Assembly (NCBI GenBank): GCA_016213435.1
Contig: JACRAL010000037.1
Location: 19,503-83,502, forward strand
Direction of reading: 5' to 3'
Source of the DNA: Bacteroidota bacterium
Lineage (GTDB): Bacteria; Bacteroidota; Bacteroidia; Palsa-948
DNA: 64,000 nt
Shown here in pieces: positions 56,682 through 64,000 of the stretch (positions within the stretch are counted from its first letter, which is position 1; each line of letters starts with the position of its first letter). The position numbers and the translations under genes were made by a program. The notes below the pieces were generated by a model that had not been told where the DNA came from, made no database searches, and worked only from the letters and a program-made list of their open reading frames with translations.

Positions 56682-57539
56682 TTAGATTTTCGCTAGCTTA
56701 TAAATAATTTTTCTATACTGAGTAATTGCTTCGTTCAAGTCATTTTCATCGTCATAAAAAATAACATTATCAACTCCATCTAAATGGGAAAGATTAAAGT
56801 CTTTTCGAATGATTTCAACTAATGATAAATTTACTTGCTTGTCGTTTCTTGTCTCGTATGTTTTATTAAACACATTAATAAAATATTTTTCAAGGAGTCT
56901 AGGTTTTTTAGATACTCGTATGGATTTTCCATCATATGAAGCAATTAGATTTTTTCTATTTAAAATATTAATTAGTTCGTTTAATGGAATAGTCTGTTTT
57001 TTTATTTTTTGTGTTTTTGGTACAGCTTTATGTCGTAGCCAAAATGCAACATAATCAACACAGATATCAGTTTCCCATTCAATATTCTTTCCAATCCTCT
57101 TGACCTTAATATATTTAGGGTAATATTCTTCTGCATGGTTATTCAGTGTGTTGCCAGCAAGGTCGCGTAATAATTGAAAAATTTCTATGTGGCTTACATC
57201 TGGAGCTATTACTTTTCCATTGCTATATAAGTGTTTAAGCATTACTAGAAATCCCATTCTTTTGTTGCCATTATGAAAGGAATGATTTTTAACTATTCCA
57301 AATACAAGCGAGGCACAGTTTAAATACATGTCGTTGTATTTATAATAATCCCCACTCCCTGTTAACTGTCTAGATATAGCACTCTCTAATAAATTGTCAT
57401 CTTTTATTCCCGATGGACTTACAGGCTCCATTTCTGGTAACAGATGGTAGTTTTCAGATAAGATTTTGTGTAATTTTAAAATCTCACCCTTCTCAAGAAT
57501 TGCTATTCTCTCATTTTTATCGGTATATATTTCTTTCAT
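56682..57539 (-). CDS. Doc (death-on-curing)/Fic-fold protein with a ~135-aa C-terminal extension
   Basis: HSFHNGNKR fits the Doc motif H-x-F-x-N-G-N-K-R. At 285 aa it is about twice the size of canonical Doc. Confidence 0.75.
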   Translation of the reverse strand: MKEIYTDKNERIAILEKGEILKLHKILSENYHLLPEMEPVSPSGIKDDNLLESAISRQLTGSGDYYKYNDMYLNCASLVFGIVKNHSFHNGNKRMGFLVMLKHLYSNGKVIAPDVSHIEIFQLLRDLAGNTLNNHAEEYYPKYIKVKRIGKNIEWETDICVDYVAFWLRHKAVPKTQKIKKQTIPLNELINILNRKNLIASYDGKSIRVSKKPRLLEKYFINVFNKTYETRNDKQVNLSLVEIIRKDFNLSHLDGVDNVIFYDDENDLNEAITQYRKIIYKLAKI

Positions 57540-57741
57540 GATGTAAAATTACTGTTTGATAACTTGAAAATCAATTTCCTTGCATTCATTTTTGCACAAG
57601 TTTTGCACGGTTTTTAAACGATAAAATTGTACGTAGTAAATTACTCTCCGAATAATTCAAGTGTAGACAAGAAATATTTGAAGGAATATGGTTTTGTTAC
57701 AGCGATAACAAAGACGTCATAGTATCAACACCATCGCGTTT

Positions 57742-58500
57742 TTACAACATATCATACGAAAACTTCAAAATCAACCCTGTAACAATAACGAGGAATAGAA
57801 TGCGCACAAACCCGCTTCCTCTTTTTATTGCCATGTGCGCGCCTATGTATGAACCAACCATGTTGCAAATTCCTACGGGGATGGCTAATTTATAATCTAC
57901 GTAGCCGCCATAGATAAAAAATACGAGCGCAGCCACATTAGTGCCGCAGTTAATTATTTTGGCAGAGACCGAAGCATTTAAAAAGTCAAAACCAAAAATT
58001 GCCACGTAGGCAAGAATTAGGAAACTTCCTGTGCCCGGTCCGAAAAAGCCATCATAGAAACCTAACACCGATCCAACAATGATGGCAAGCACAGTTGTTT
58101 TTGTTTCGCTTAGATTTGGTTTGTGAAGCAAACCAAAATCTTTTTTGATAAATGTGTATGTCGCCACAGCGATCAATAATCCAAGAATCACTATCCGCAA
58201 ATAATCTTTGTTAAGGTGTGTTACCATTTTTGCTCCCAGAAAAGAAAAAATCATGCAGCTTATTAAAGCAGGAAGTACGCTTCTCCAGATCACTTTTGTG
58301 GAAAGTAAATACCGTGCAGTTGCAACGGAAGTGCCCATTAATGCGGAAAGTTTGTTGCTGCCAAGTGCTGAGGTGATGCTTAGCTGCGGAGCAAAAATTA
58401 AATAGGCAGGAAGTTGTATCAATCCTCCTCCTCCAACCACCGAATCAATGTATCCGGCAATGAAAGCGAAGAGAAGCAAATAGTAGAAATAAAATTCCAT
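57742..58500 (-). CDS. TauE/SafE family sulfite/anion exporter
   Basis: 252 aa, 7-8 TM helices, GGGGLIQLP motif. Confidence 0.8.
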   Translation of the reverse strand: MEFYFYYLLLFAFIAGYIDSVVGGGGLIQLPAYLIFAPQLSITSALGSNKLSALMGTSVATARYLLSTKVIWRSVLPALISCMIFSFLGAKMVTHLNKDYLRIVILGLLIAVATYTFIKKDFGLLHKPNLSETKTTVLAIIVGSVLGFYDGFFGPGTGSFLILAYVAIFGFDFLNASVSAKIINCGTNVAALVFFIYGGYVDYKLAIPVGICNMVGSYIGAHMAIKRGSGFVRILFLVIVTGLILKFSYDML

Positions 58501-58513
58501 GTGTAAAATTAAT

Positions 58514-59644
58514 TTAAAGATCCAATAAGAACTTCATGGTGTCCACGCCATCGGCATAATCCCATAATTCGGGGTTCTGAGTTTGACCATACCTCACCCT
58601 AACCCTCTCCAAAGGAGAGGGAACTGCATGATTTGATGCGATGCATTGTATCTGATCTTTTACCGAAAGAAGCTTTTCGTTTAGCTCTTTTTGATTTTTG
58701 TATCGCTCGTAATATAAAGTCGCAACCGGAGATGAAAGAGAAATATTTTTCTCCTCCTTCGGTTCTTTCCCCTCTCTTGCGGAGAGGGGCAGGGGAGAGG
58801 TGGCGCTTTCCTTCAGCATCAAAAAATTATTATCCAGAAATTTTTCCTGGTTGAGCAAATAAATAGTGCGGTGGTAAATATGATTGTTGTAATATTTATT
58901 GTGATTGATCACATCGCCAAAATCTACTATGGCGGAAAAGAATGTATCGAGGTTGTAATCCTGCGGAATATAAATCTTAGAAACATTCCGGCATCCCATT
59001 CCGAAGTATTGAAAAATATCTTTGCCGAGGTTTTTCAGGTCTTCTTCTGTTTCTTTTCCATCAAGAACAGCAATGGCATTTCTATTTTTACGAATGATGT
59101 GCGGATATTTTTTAAAGTAATATTCAAAATACCGCGCACTGTTATTTGAACCGGTAGCGATGAAGGCAGAAACATTTGCTGATTTGTTGATTTGTTGATT
59201 TGTGAACTGAATTCTATTCGCAAATGCCGGTTCTATTTCGCAAAGAATTTTTGTAACCGCAGGAAGTAAAAACTCATCATCCGAAGAAAGTTTTCCAACA
59301 AATGTATTTCCGCTTATTAGCACGCATAGAAAATCATGAAACCCGACAAGGGGAATATTTCCTGCCATGATAACTCCAACCTTTCTGGATGTTGGATGTT
59401 GGATATTGGATATTGGATATTTTGAAATCCATTTTCTGATCTTATCTTCCCTCAACATCTCTCCTAAAGAGCCAATGGCAAGCAGTATGTTTTCTTCGGT
59501 GAACCAGCCGTTATGCTTGCTTGCGTTTGTGATTGCTTCGGCAAGAATACTAAAGCTCCCCATCCCCCCGAAGGGGGGGCTTGAGCTTTTCCTCAATATC
59601 TCACCTAACCGTGTGAAGGCAATAATTCTTTTCTCCAGATTCAT
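58514..59644 (-). CDS. LuxC-like acyl-CoA reductase family protein carrying five small repeat insertions
   Basis: HNGWFTEENI...GVIMAGNIPLVGFHDFLCVLISGN. GCH elements lie at 58592-58621, 58769-58803 and 59553-59588, with oligomer arrays at 59173-59204 and 59386-59420. Confidence 0.7.
   Translation of the reverse strand: MNLEKRIIAFTRLGEILRKSSSPPFGGMGSFSILAEAITNASKHNGWFTEENILLAIGSLGEMLREDKIRKWISKYPISNIQHPTSRKVGVIMAGNIPLVGFHDFLCVLISGNTFVGKLSSDDEFLLPAVTKILCEIEPAFANRIQFTNQQINKSANVSAFIATGSNNSARYFEYYFKKYPHIIRKNRNAIAVLDGKETEEDLKNLGKDIFQYFGMGCRNVSKIYIPQDYNLDTFFSAIVDFGDVINHNKYYNNHIYHRTIYLLNQEKFLDNNFLMLKESATSPLPLSAREGKEPKEEKNISLSSPVATLYYERYKNQKELNEKLLSVKDQIQCIASNHAVPSPLERVRVRYGQTQNPELWDYADGVDTMKFLLDL
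58592..58621. repeat. GCH element in frame in a CDS (..VPSPLERVRVRY..)
   Basis: cctcaccctaaccctctccaaaggagaggg. Confidence 0.65.
58769..58803. repeat. GCH element in frame in a CDS (..TSPLPLSAREGK..)
   Basis: cccctctcttgcggagaggggcaggggagaggtgg. Confidence 0.65.
59173..59204. repeat. Octanucleotide array GATTTGTT x4 in a CDS
   Basis: catttgct gatttgtt gatttgtt gatttgtg. Confidence 0.6.
59386..59420. repeat. Heptanucleotide array TGGATRT x5 in a CDS
   Basis: tggatgt tggatgt tggatat tggatat tggatat. Confidence 0.7.
59553..59588. repeat. GCH element in frame in a CDS (..SSSPPFGGMGSF..)
   Basis: aagctccccatccccccgaagggggggcttgagctt. Confidence 0.65.
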
Positions 59645-59739
59645 AAGCGAAAAACTTTTTTAATACATTTGCTTCAGTTTAAAACGCGAAGCTATACGAA
59701 ATTACAAATAAGAAACCTTAAACTTTAAACTTTCCAGTT

Positions 59740-60093
59740 ATGGCAATCAAGATTACAGAAGAGTGTATCAACTGCGGTGCCTGCGAGCCCGAGTGTCCAA
59801 ACAATGCTATTTATGAAAATGGTGCAGAATGGAGATATTCTGACGGAACAACGATTAAAGGAGCGTACACAGGAAAAAGCACCGGCACTGCTGCTGAAGC
59901 GGATGCTGCACAGCCGGCAGTTTCTGCCGATTTCTATTATATAGTAACCGATAAATGCACGGAGTGCGTTGGTTTTCATGAAGAACCACAGTGCGCTGCG
60001 GTTTGTCCTGTTGACTGTTGCGTTCCGGATGAAGCGCATGTGGAAACAAAAGAGCAATTAACTGCCAAGAAAGATTCATTGCACGCAGCATAA
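59740..60093 (+). CDS. 4Fe-4S ferredoxin
   Basis: [12 protein letters not shown] ... [22 protein letters not shown]. Confidence 0.9.
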   Translation: MAIKITEECINCGACEPECPNNAIYENGAEWRYSDGTTIKGAYTGKSTGTAAEADAAQPAVSADFYYIVTDKCTECVGFHEEPQCAAVCPVDCCVPDEAHVETKEQLTAKKDSLHAA

Positions 60094-60115
60094 TTTGCGA
60101 ACATACTATTCAAAG

Positions 60116-60150
60116 ACCGTAAGCGTTCGTTTGCTTGCGGTTTTTTATTT
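60116..60150 (+). terminator. Rho-independent terminator after the ferredoxin gene
   Basis: accgtaagc-gttcgttt-gcttgcggt, followed by TTTTTTATTTTT. Confidence 0.7.
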
Positions 60151-60159
60151 TTAGATATA

Positions 60160-61023
60160 ATGAAAATCAGACTACTTATATTCTTTCTTGCCATCTGCCA
60201 TCTGCCATCTGCCATCTGCCATGCTCAATCTATTCAGGATTCTGTTTATCATCTTTATACTGACTTTGTTCATTCAATTAAAAACGAGGTAAAAAAAGCG
60301 GACGACAACAAGAAATTCTCGAATGGATTGAAGTATGTGCTCAGCATGGATAAGTCGAATGAATTTGCTTTTGATTCCTTGAAAAAATATAAAGTGATGC
60401 TTGAATCTGCTGATAAGCAGGTGAGGATTTTTACATGGGATTTAGAAGCAGAAGACGGTACGCACACATTTTATGGATTCATTCAAGCGTATAATAAAAA
60501 GTCGAAAAAATACGAAGTATATCCGCTGAACGACAGATCGGATGCGATCAAAGACCCCGAGAATGCATCTCTTGATAATGCGAAATGGTTTGGCGCATGG
60601 TATTATCAAATTGAACAAGTAAAATATAAAAAGAAAAAATATTATATCCTGCTTGGATGGGATGGCAACAACCGAATTACCAACAAGCGGTTGATTGAAG
60701 TTCTTTTCTTCAATGAAAAAGGATTCCCGAAATTTGGCGATGCAATATTTTCTGATGAGAAAGGAAAAATAAAGAAACGTATCATCTTTGAATATCAGGC
60801 GGGGATTTTTATGTCGCTGCGTTATGATGCAGAAAGGCAATTTATTGTGTTCGACCATCTCTCGCCTTCAAATCCGGAACTTGAAGGACAGCATCAGTTT
60901 TATGGTCCTGATTTCTCATACGACATGCTGGAGTTTAAAGATGGTAAATGGCAATATGTTAAAGACGTAATTCCACGCAACAACAAGGATAAAACAGATA
61001 AGTATTTTAATACACCAAAATAG
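60160..61023 (+). CDS. Secreted hypothetical protein
   Basis: 287 aa with a signal peptide that contains the heptamer array. Confidence 0.55.
   Translation: MKIRLLIFFLAICHLPSAICHAQSIQDSVYHLYTDFVHSIKNEVKKADDNKKFSNGLKYVLSMDKSNEFAFDSLKKYKVMLESADKQVRIFTWDLEAEDGTHTFYGFIQAYNKKSKKYEVYPLNDRSDAIKDPENASLDNAKWFGAWYYQIEQVKYKKKKYYILLGWDGNNRITNKRLIEVLFFNEKGFPKFGDAIFSDEKGKIKKRIIFEYQAGIFMSLRYDAERQFIVFDHLSPSNPELEGQHQFYGPDFSYDMLEFKDGKWQYVKDVIPRNNKDKTDKYFNTPK
60186..60220. repeat. Heptanucleotide array ATCTGCC x4 (plus 1 degenerate unit) in signal-peptide codons
   Basis: tcttgcc atctgcc atctgcc atctgcc atctgcc, encoding LAICHLPSAICHA. Confidence 0.75.
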
Positions 61024-61092
61024 CTCTTACGGAATCGTTTTTCTTGCTAAATTCGGACGCATTTATCAAACACTAATATATTCCTATTTAAG

Positions 61093-62190
61093 ATGGAAAC
61101 AGTAATGACTGATGTAAAGAAAAAAGTGCACAATTTCAGTGCGGGTCCCGGCATTCTTCCTCAGGAAGTTTTGAAACAGGCCTCTGAAGCGTGCATTGAT
61201 TTTGACAACCTCAATCTTTCTCTTCTGGAGATTTCTCACCGCAGTAAAAATTTTGAAGCGGTTATGCAGGAAGCACGAGCATTGGCGAAAGAACTTCTTG
61301 GCCTTGGTGATGGTTATCAGGCAATTTTTCTCGGAGGAGGGGCAAGTATGCAGTTCTGCATGGTGCCGATGAATCTTCTTCGCAGCGAAGGATATGCTGC
61401 GTATGTGAACACAGGCGTGTGGGCTGGCAAAGCGATAAAGGAAGCGCAGATGATAGGAAATGTAAAAGTCATTGCTTCTTCCGAAGATAAAAAATTCAAT
61501 TACGTTCCGAGGAATTATCCGATTCATGGGGATGCAGATTACATGCACATTACTTCGAATAATACCATTTACGGAACGCAGATGAAGAATTTTCCTATCT
61601 CGCGTATTCCGGTGGTGTGCGATATGTCGTCTGATATTTTCAGCCGCAAGATAGATTGCAAAAACTTTGATCTTATCTATGCAGGTGCTCAAAAGAATAT
61701 GGGCCCTGCCGGATGTACGCTGGTGGTTGTGAAAGAAAGTATACTTGGAAAAACAGGAAGAAAAATTTCTTCCATGTTGGATTATAAAGTGCATATCAAG
61801 GGAGAGTCCATGTACAATACGCCTCCTGTGTTTCCGATCTATGTTTCCCTGCTCACCATGCGCTGGCTGAAGAAAAATGGTGGCATAGAATGGATCGATA
61901 AAAAAAATAATCAGAAAGCAAATTTACTTTACGCAGAAATAGACAGAAATAATTTATTCTTCGGCACAGCGGAAAAGGACTGTCGTTCCATGATGAACGT
62001 AACTTTCCTTTTGAATAACCCTGAACTGGAACCTGAGTTTGATAAAATGTGGAAAGAAGCTAGCATCAGCGGCATCCGAGGTCATCGCGATGTGGGAGGT
62101 TATCGTGCTTCTCTTTATAATGCGCTTCCGCTTGAAAGCGTTCAGGTGCTGGTGGATGTGATGAAAGAGTTTGAGAAAAAGTTTGCATAA
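61093..62190 (+). CDS. serC: Phosphoserine aminotransferase
   Basis: HNFSAGPGILPQEVL... and other typical SerC motifs. Confidence 0.9.
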   Translation: METVMTDVKKKVHNFSAGPGILPQEVLKQASEACIDFDNLNLSLLEISHRSKNFEAVMQEARALAKELLGLGDGYQAIFLGGGASMQFCMVPMNLLRSEGYAAYVNTGVWAGKAIKEAQMIGNVKVIASSEDKKFNYVPRNYPIHGDADYMHITSNNTIYGTQMKNFPISRIPVVCDMSSDIFSRKIDCKNFDLIYAGAQKNMGPAGCTLVVVKESILGKTGRKISSMLDYKVHIKGESMYNTPPVFPIYVSLLTMRWLKKNGGIEWIDKKNNQKANLLYAEIDRNNLFFGTAEKDCRSMMNVTFLLNNPELEPEFDKMWKEASISGIRGHRDVGGYRASLYNALPLESVQVLVDVMKEFEKKFA

Positions 62191-62201
62191 TATATTTTTC
62201 T

Positions 62202-62912
62202 ATGGGACGTATATTTGAAACAAGAAAGCATGTGATGTTTGCCCGCTATGCGCGCATGGCAAAAGGTTTTACCAAGATCGGGCGCGAGATAGCCATTGCG
62301 GTGAAACAACATGGACCCAATCCTGATTCTAATTCCCGTTTGCGTTTGGTAATTCAGAATGCCAAGGCGATCAATATGCCTAAGGATAGGATTGATGCTG
62401 CAATTCAGCGTGCATCTTCTAAAGGCGAAGCAAATCTGGAAGAACTTACTTACGAGGGATATGGTCCTCATGGAGTGGCTGTGTTGGCAGAATGTGCAAC
62501 TGATAATCCTACTCGCACGGTTTCAAATATTCGCATGTATTTTTCAAGATCAAATGGAGCTCTCGGAAAAACGGGTTCTCTTGATTTTATTTTTGAACGC
62601 AAAGGAGTTTTCAGGATTTCTGCCGAAGGACAAAACAGAGAAGACCTTGAACTTGAACTGATTGAACACGGTGCTGATGAAATTGAAGAGCACGAAAACG
62701 AACTCATCATCTATACAAAGTTTGCGGGTTTCGGTTCCATGCAAAAAGCGCTGGAGGAAAGAAAAATAAATATTATCAGTGCAGAAAAGCAAAGAATTCC
62801 GGCTACGTATGTAACGCTGAATGAAGAACAGAAAAAGGAGATAAACGAATTGGTTGCAGCATTGGAAGAGGATGATGACGTGCAAATGGTTTTTCATAAT
62901 ATGCAGGAGTAA
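62202..62912 (+). CDS. YebC/PmpR family transcriptional regulator
   Basis: MGRIFETRKHVMFARYARMAKGFTKIGREI... Confidence 0.9.
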   Translation: MGRIFETRKHVMFARYARMAKGFTKIGREIAIAVKQHGPNPDSNSRLRLVIQNAKAINMPKDRIDAAIQRASSKGEANLEELTYEGYGPHGVAVLAECATDNPTRTVSNIRMYFSRSNGALGKTGSLDFIFERKGVFRISAEGQNREDLELELIEHGADEIEEHENELIIYTKFAGFGSMQKALEERKINIISAEKQRIPATYVTLNEEQKKEINELVAALEEDDDVQMVFHNMQE

Positions 62913-62917
62913 AATGA

Positions 62918-63014
62918 AGTCCCTCCTAGATCCTCCCCTTCAGGGAGGACTTGATGAGTGGCGTAAGAGGTAAAACAAAAAAGCCCCTCTGAAGGAGGGG
63001 TTGAGGAGGCACTT
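62918..63014. repeat. Two GCH elements, intergenic
   Basis: aagtccctcctagatcctccccttcagggaggac ... aaagcccctctgaaggaggggttgaggaggcactt. Confidence 0.65.
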
Positions 63015-63971
63015 ATGAAAAAAATATTAGCTAACGATGGAATAGATGCTCAAGGCAAATTGCTCTTGGAGAAAGCCGGGTTCACTATTGTGACTGAAAA
63101 AGTTGCACAGGAGAATCTTGCAAAAGCAATCAATGATAATGGGTATGTGGGACTGACTGTAAGAAGCGCCACAAAGGTCAGAAAGGATGTGATTGACGCT
63201 TGTCCTAATTTGAAACTCATTGGCCGCGGTGGAGTAGGCATGGACAATATAGATGTGGAGTACGCAAGATCGAAAGGAATTGCAGTGGTGAATACACCGG
63301 CAGCTTCTTCTCTTTCTGTTGCAGAATTGGTGTTCGCGCATTTGTTCACGCTCGTTCGTTTTCTTCAGGATTCAAATCGCGAGATGCCGGTGAAAGGGAA
63401 TGCAGAATTTGATGTGCTGAAGAAAAAATACGCGAGCGGAATTGAACTTTCAGGGAAAACTATAGGCATTGTCGGGATAGGAAGAATAGGACAGGCTGTT
63501 GCGAGAATTGCATTGGGAATGGGAATGAAAGTGGTTGCCCACGATCCTTTTGTGAAAGAAACAAAGATCGAGTTTGAGATCGCAGGCAATAAGATATCAG
63601 TTCCTGTTAAAACAGTTGCTCTGGACGAGGTTTTTTCAAAAAGCGATTTCATCACCGTTCACGTCCCTGGAGGAAAACTGATCACAAAGAGCGAGATCGC
63701 AAAAATGAAGAATGGGGTCATTCTTGTTAATGCATCGCGCGGTGGTGTGATAGAAGAGAATGATCTGCTGGAAGCTTTGAATTCCGGAAAGGTGGCAGGC
63801 GCAGGGCTGGATGTCTTTGAGAACGAACCGAAGCCAAAACAGGAATTGCTTCAGCATCCTAAAATTTCTCTTACTCCTCACATTGGAGCAGCTACAAAAG
63901 AAGCGCAGGAAAGAATTGGTATTGAATTGGCAGAGAAGATGATAGAGTGTTTAAAGTATAGATATACGTAA
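63015..63971 (+). CDS. serA: D-3-phosphoglycerate dehydrogenase / D-2-hydroxyacid dehydrogenase
   Basis: GIVGIGRIGQAVA NAD motif and ...TPHIGAAT. It shares a neighbourhood with serC. Confidence 0.8.
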   Translation: MKKILANDGIDAQGKLLLEKAGFTIVTEKVAQENLAKAINDNGYVGLTVRSATKVRKDVIDACPNLKLIGRGGVGMDNIDVEYARSKGIAVVNTPAASSLSVAELVFAHLFTLVRFLQDSNREMPVKGNAEFDVLKKKYASGIELSGKTIGIVGIGRIGQAVARIALGMGMKVVAHDPFVKETKIEFEIAGNKISVPVKTVALDEVFSKSDFITVHVPGGKLITKSEIAKMKNGVILVNASRGGVIEENDLLEALNSGKVAGAGLDVFENEPKPKQELLQHPKISLTPHIGAATKEAQERIGIELAEKMIECLKYRYT

Positions 63972-64000
63972 AAATAAGTTCTTTAAATTTATGTTAAGCA

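Noticed and set aside
61084-61794. 236-aa minus-strand ORF
   Set aside because: It is antisense to serC, which has unmistakable family motifs. The peptide is His/Arg/Phe-rich junk.

Overview
This 64-kb chromosomal segment reads as Bacteroidota. The signs are a Bat/aerotolerance operon (moxR, DUF58, batA-E), T9SS type A and type B C-terminal sorting domains, TAnnTTTG -7 promoter boxes and no Shine-Dalgarno sequences. I call about 60 protein genes, two intact tRNAs (Leu-GAG, Arg-ACG) and two tRNA fragments. Most genes are housekeeping: rplS, recF, ribH, serC and a serA-like gene, yebC, clpS, nfeD/floA, SCO1/DUF420, transsulfuration enzymes, Fe-S oxidoreductases and a DEAD helicase. Six patches look accessory or unusual. 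(1) nt ~830-9225 is an islet bounded by tRNA fragments. It holds a 5'-truncated phoU, a GIY-YIG gene and a heavy-metal RND efflux cassette whose pump is fused to its outer-membrane factor. (2) nt ~11000-16500 is a decayed type I R-M locus. hsdM and rhuM are intact, hsdR and hsdS are reduced to fragments, and hsdS-tail repeats bracket a PRiA4-like Cys-rich ORF. (3) nt 30389-38976 is an AT-rich 10-gene operon next to tRNA-Arg. It encodes an ArnB/ArnC/ArnT-like triad plus a C-methyltransferase, a split Rieske oxygenase and a tandem Nudix protein, and it is my best candidate for an undescribed envelope-glycan modification system. (4) nt 52687-53085 holds 19 tandem copies of a 21-bp unit in two subtypes. 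(5) nt 56682-57539 encodes a solitary long Doc-domain protein. (6) Two families of tiny repeats, GC-rich hairpins and heptanucleotide arrays, sit in frame inside several genes. I saw no CRISPR array, no intact integrase or transposase, and no rRNA. All functional calls come from motif and family recognition by eye; no searches were run.
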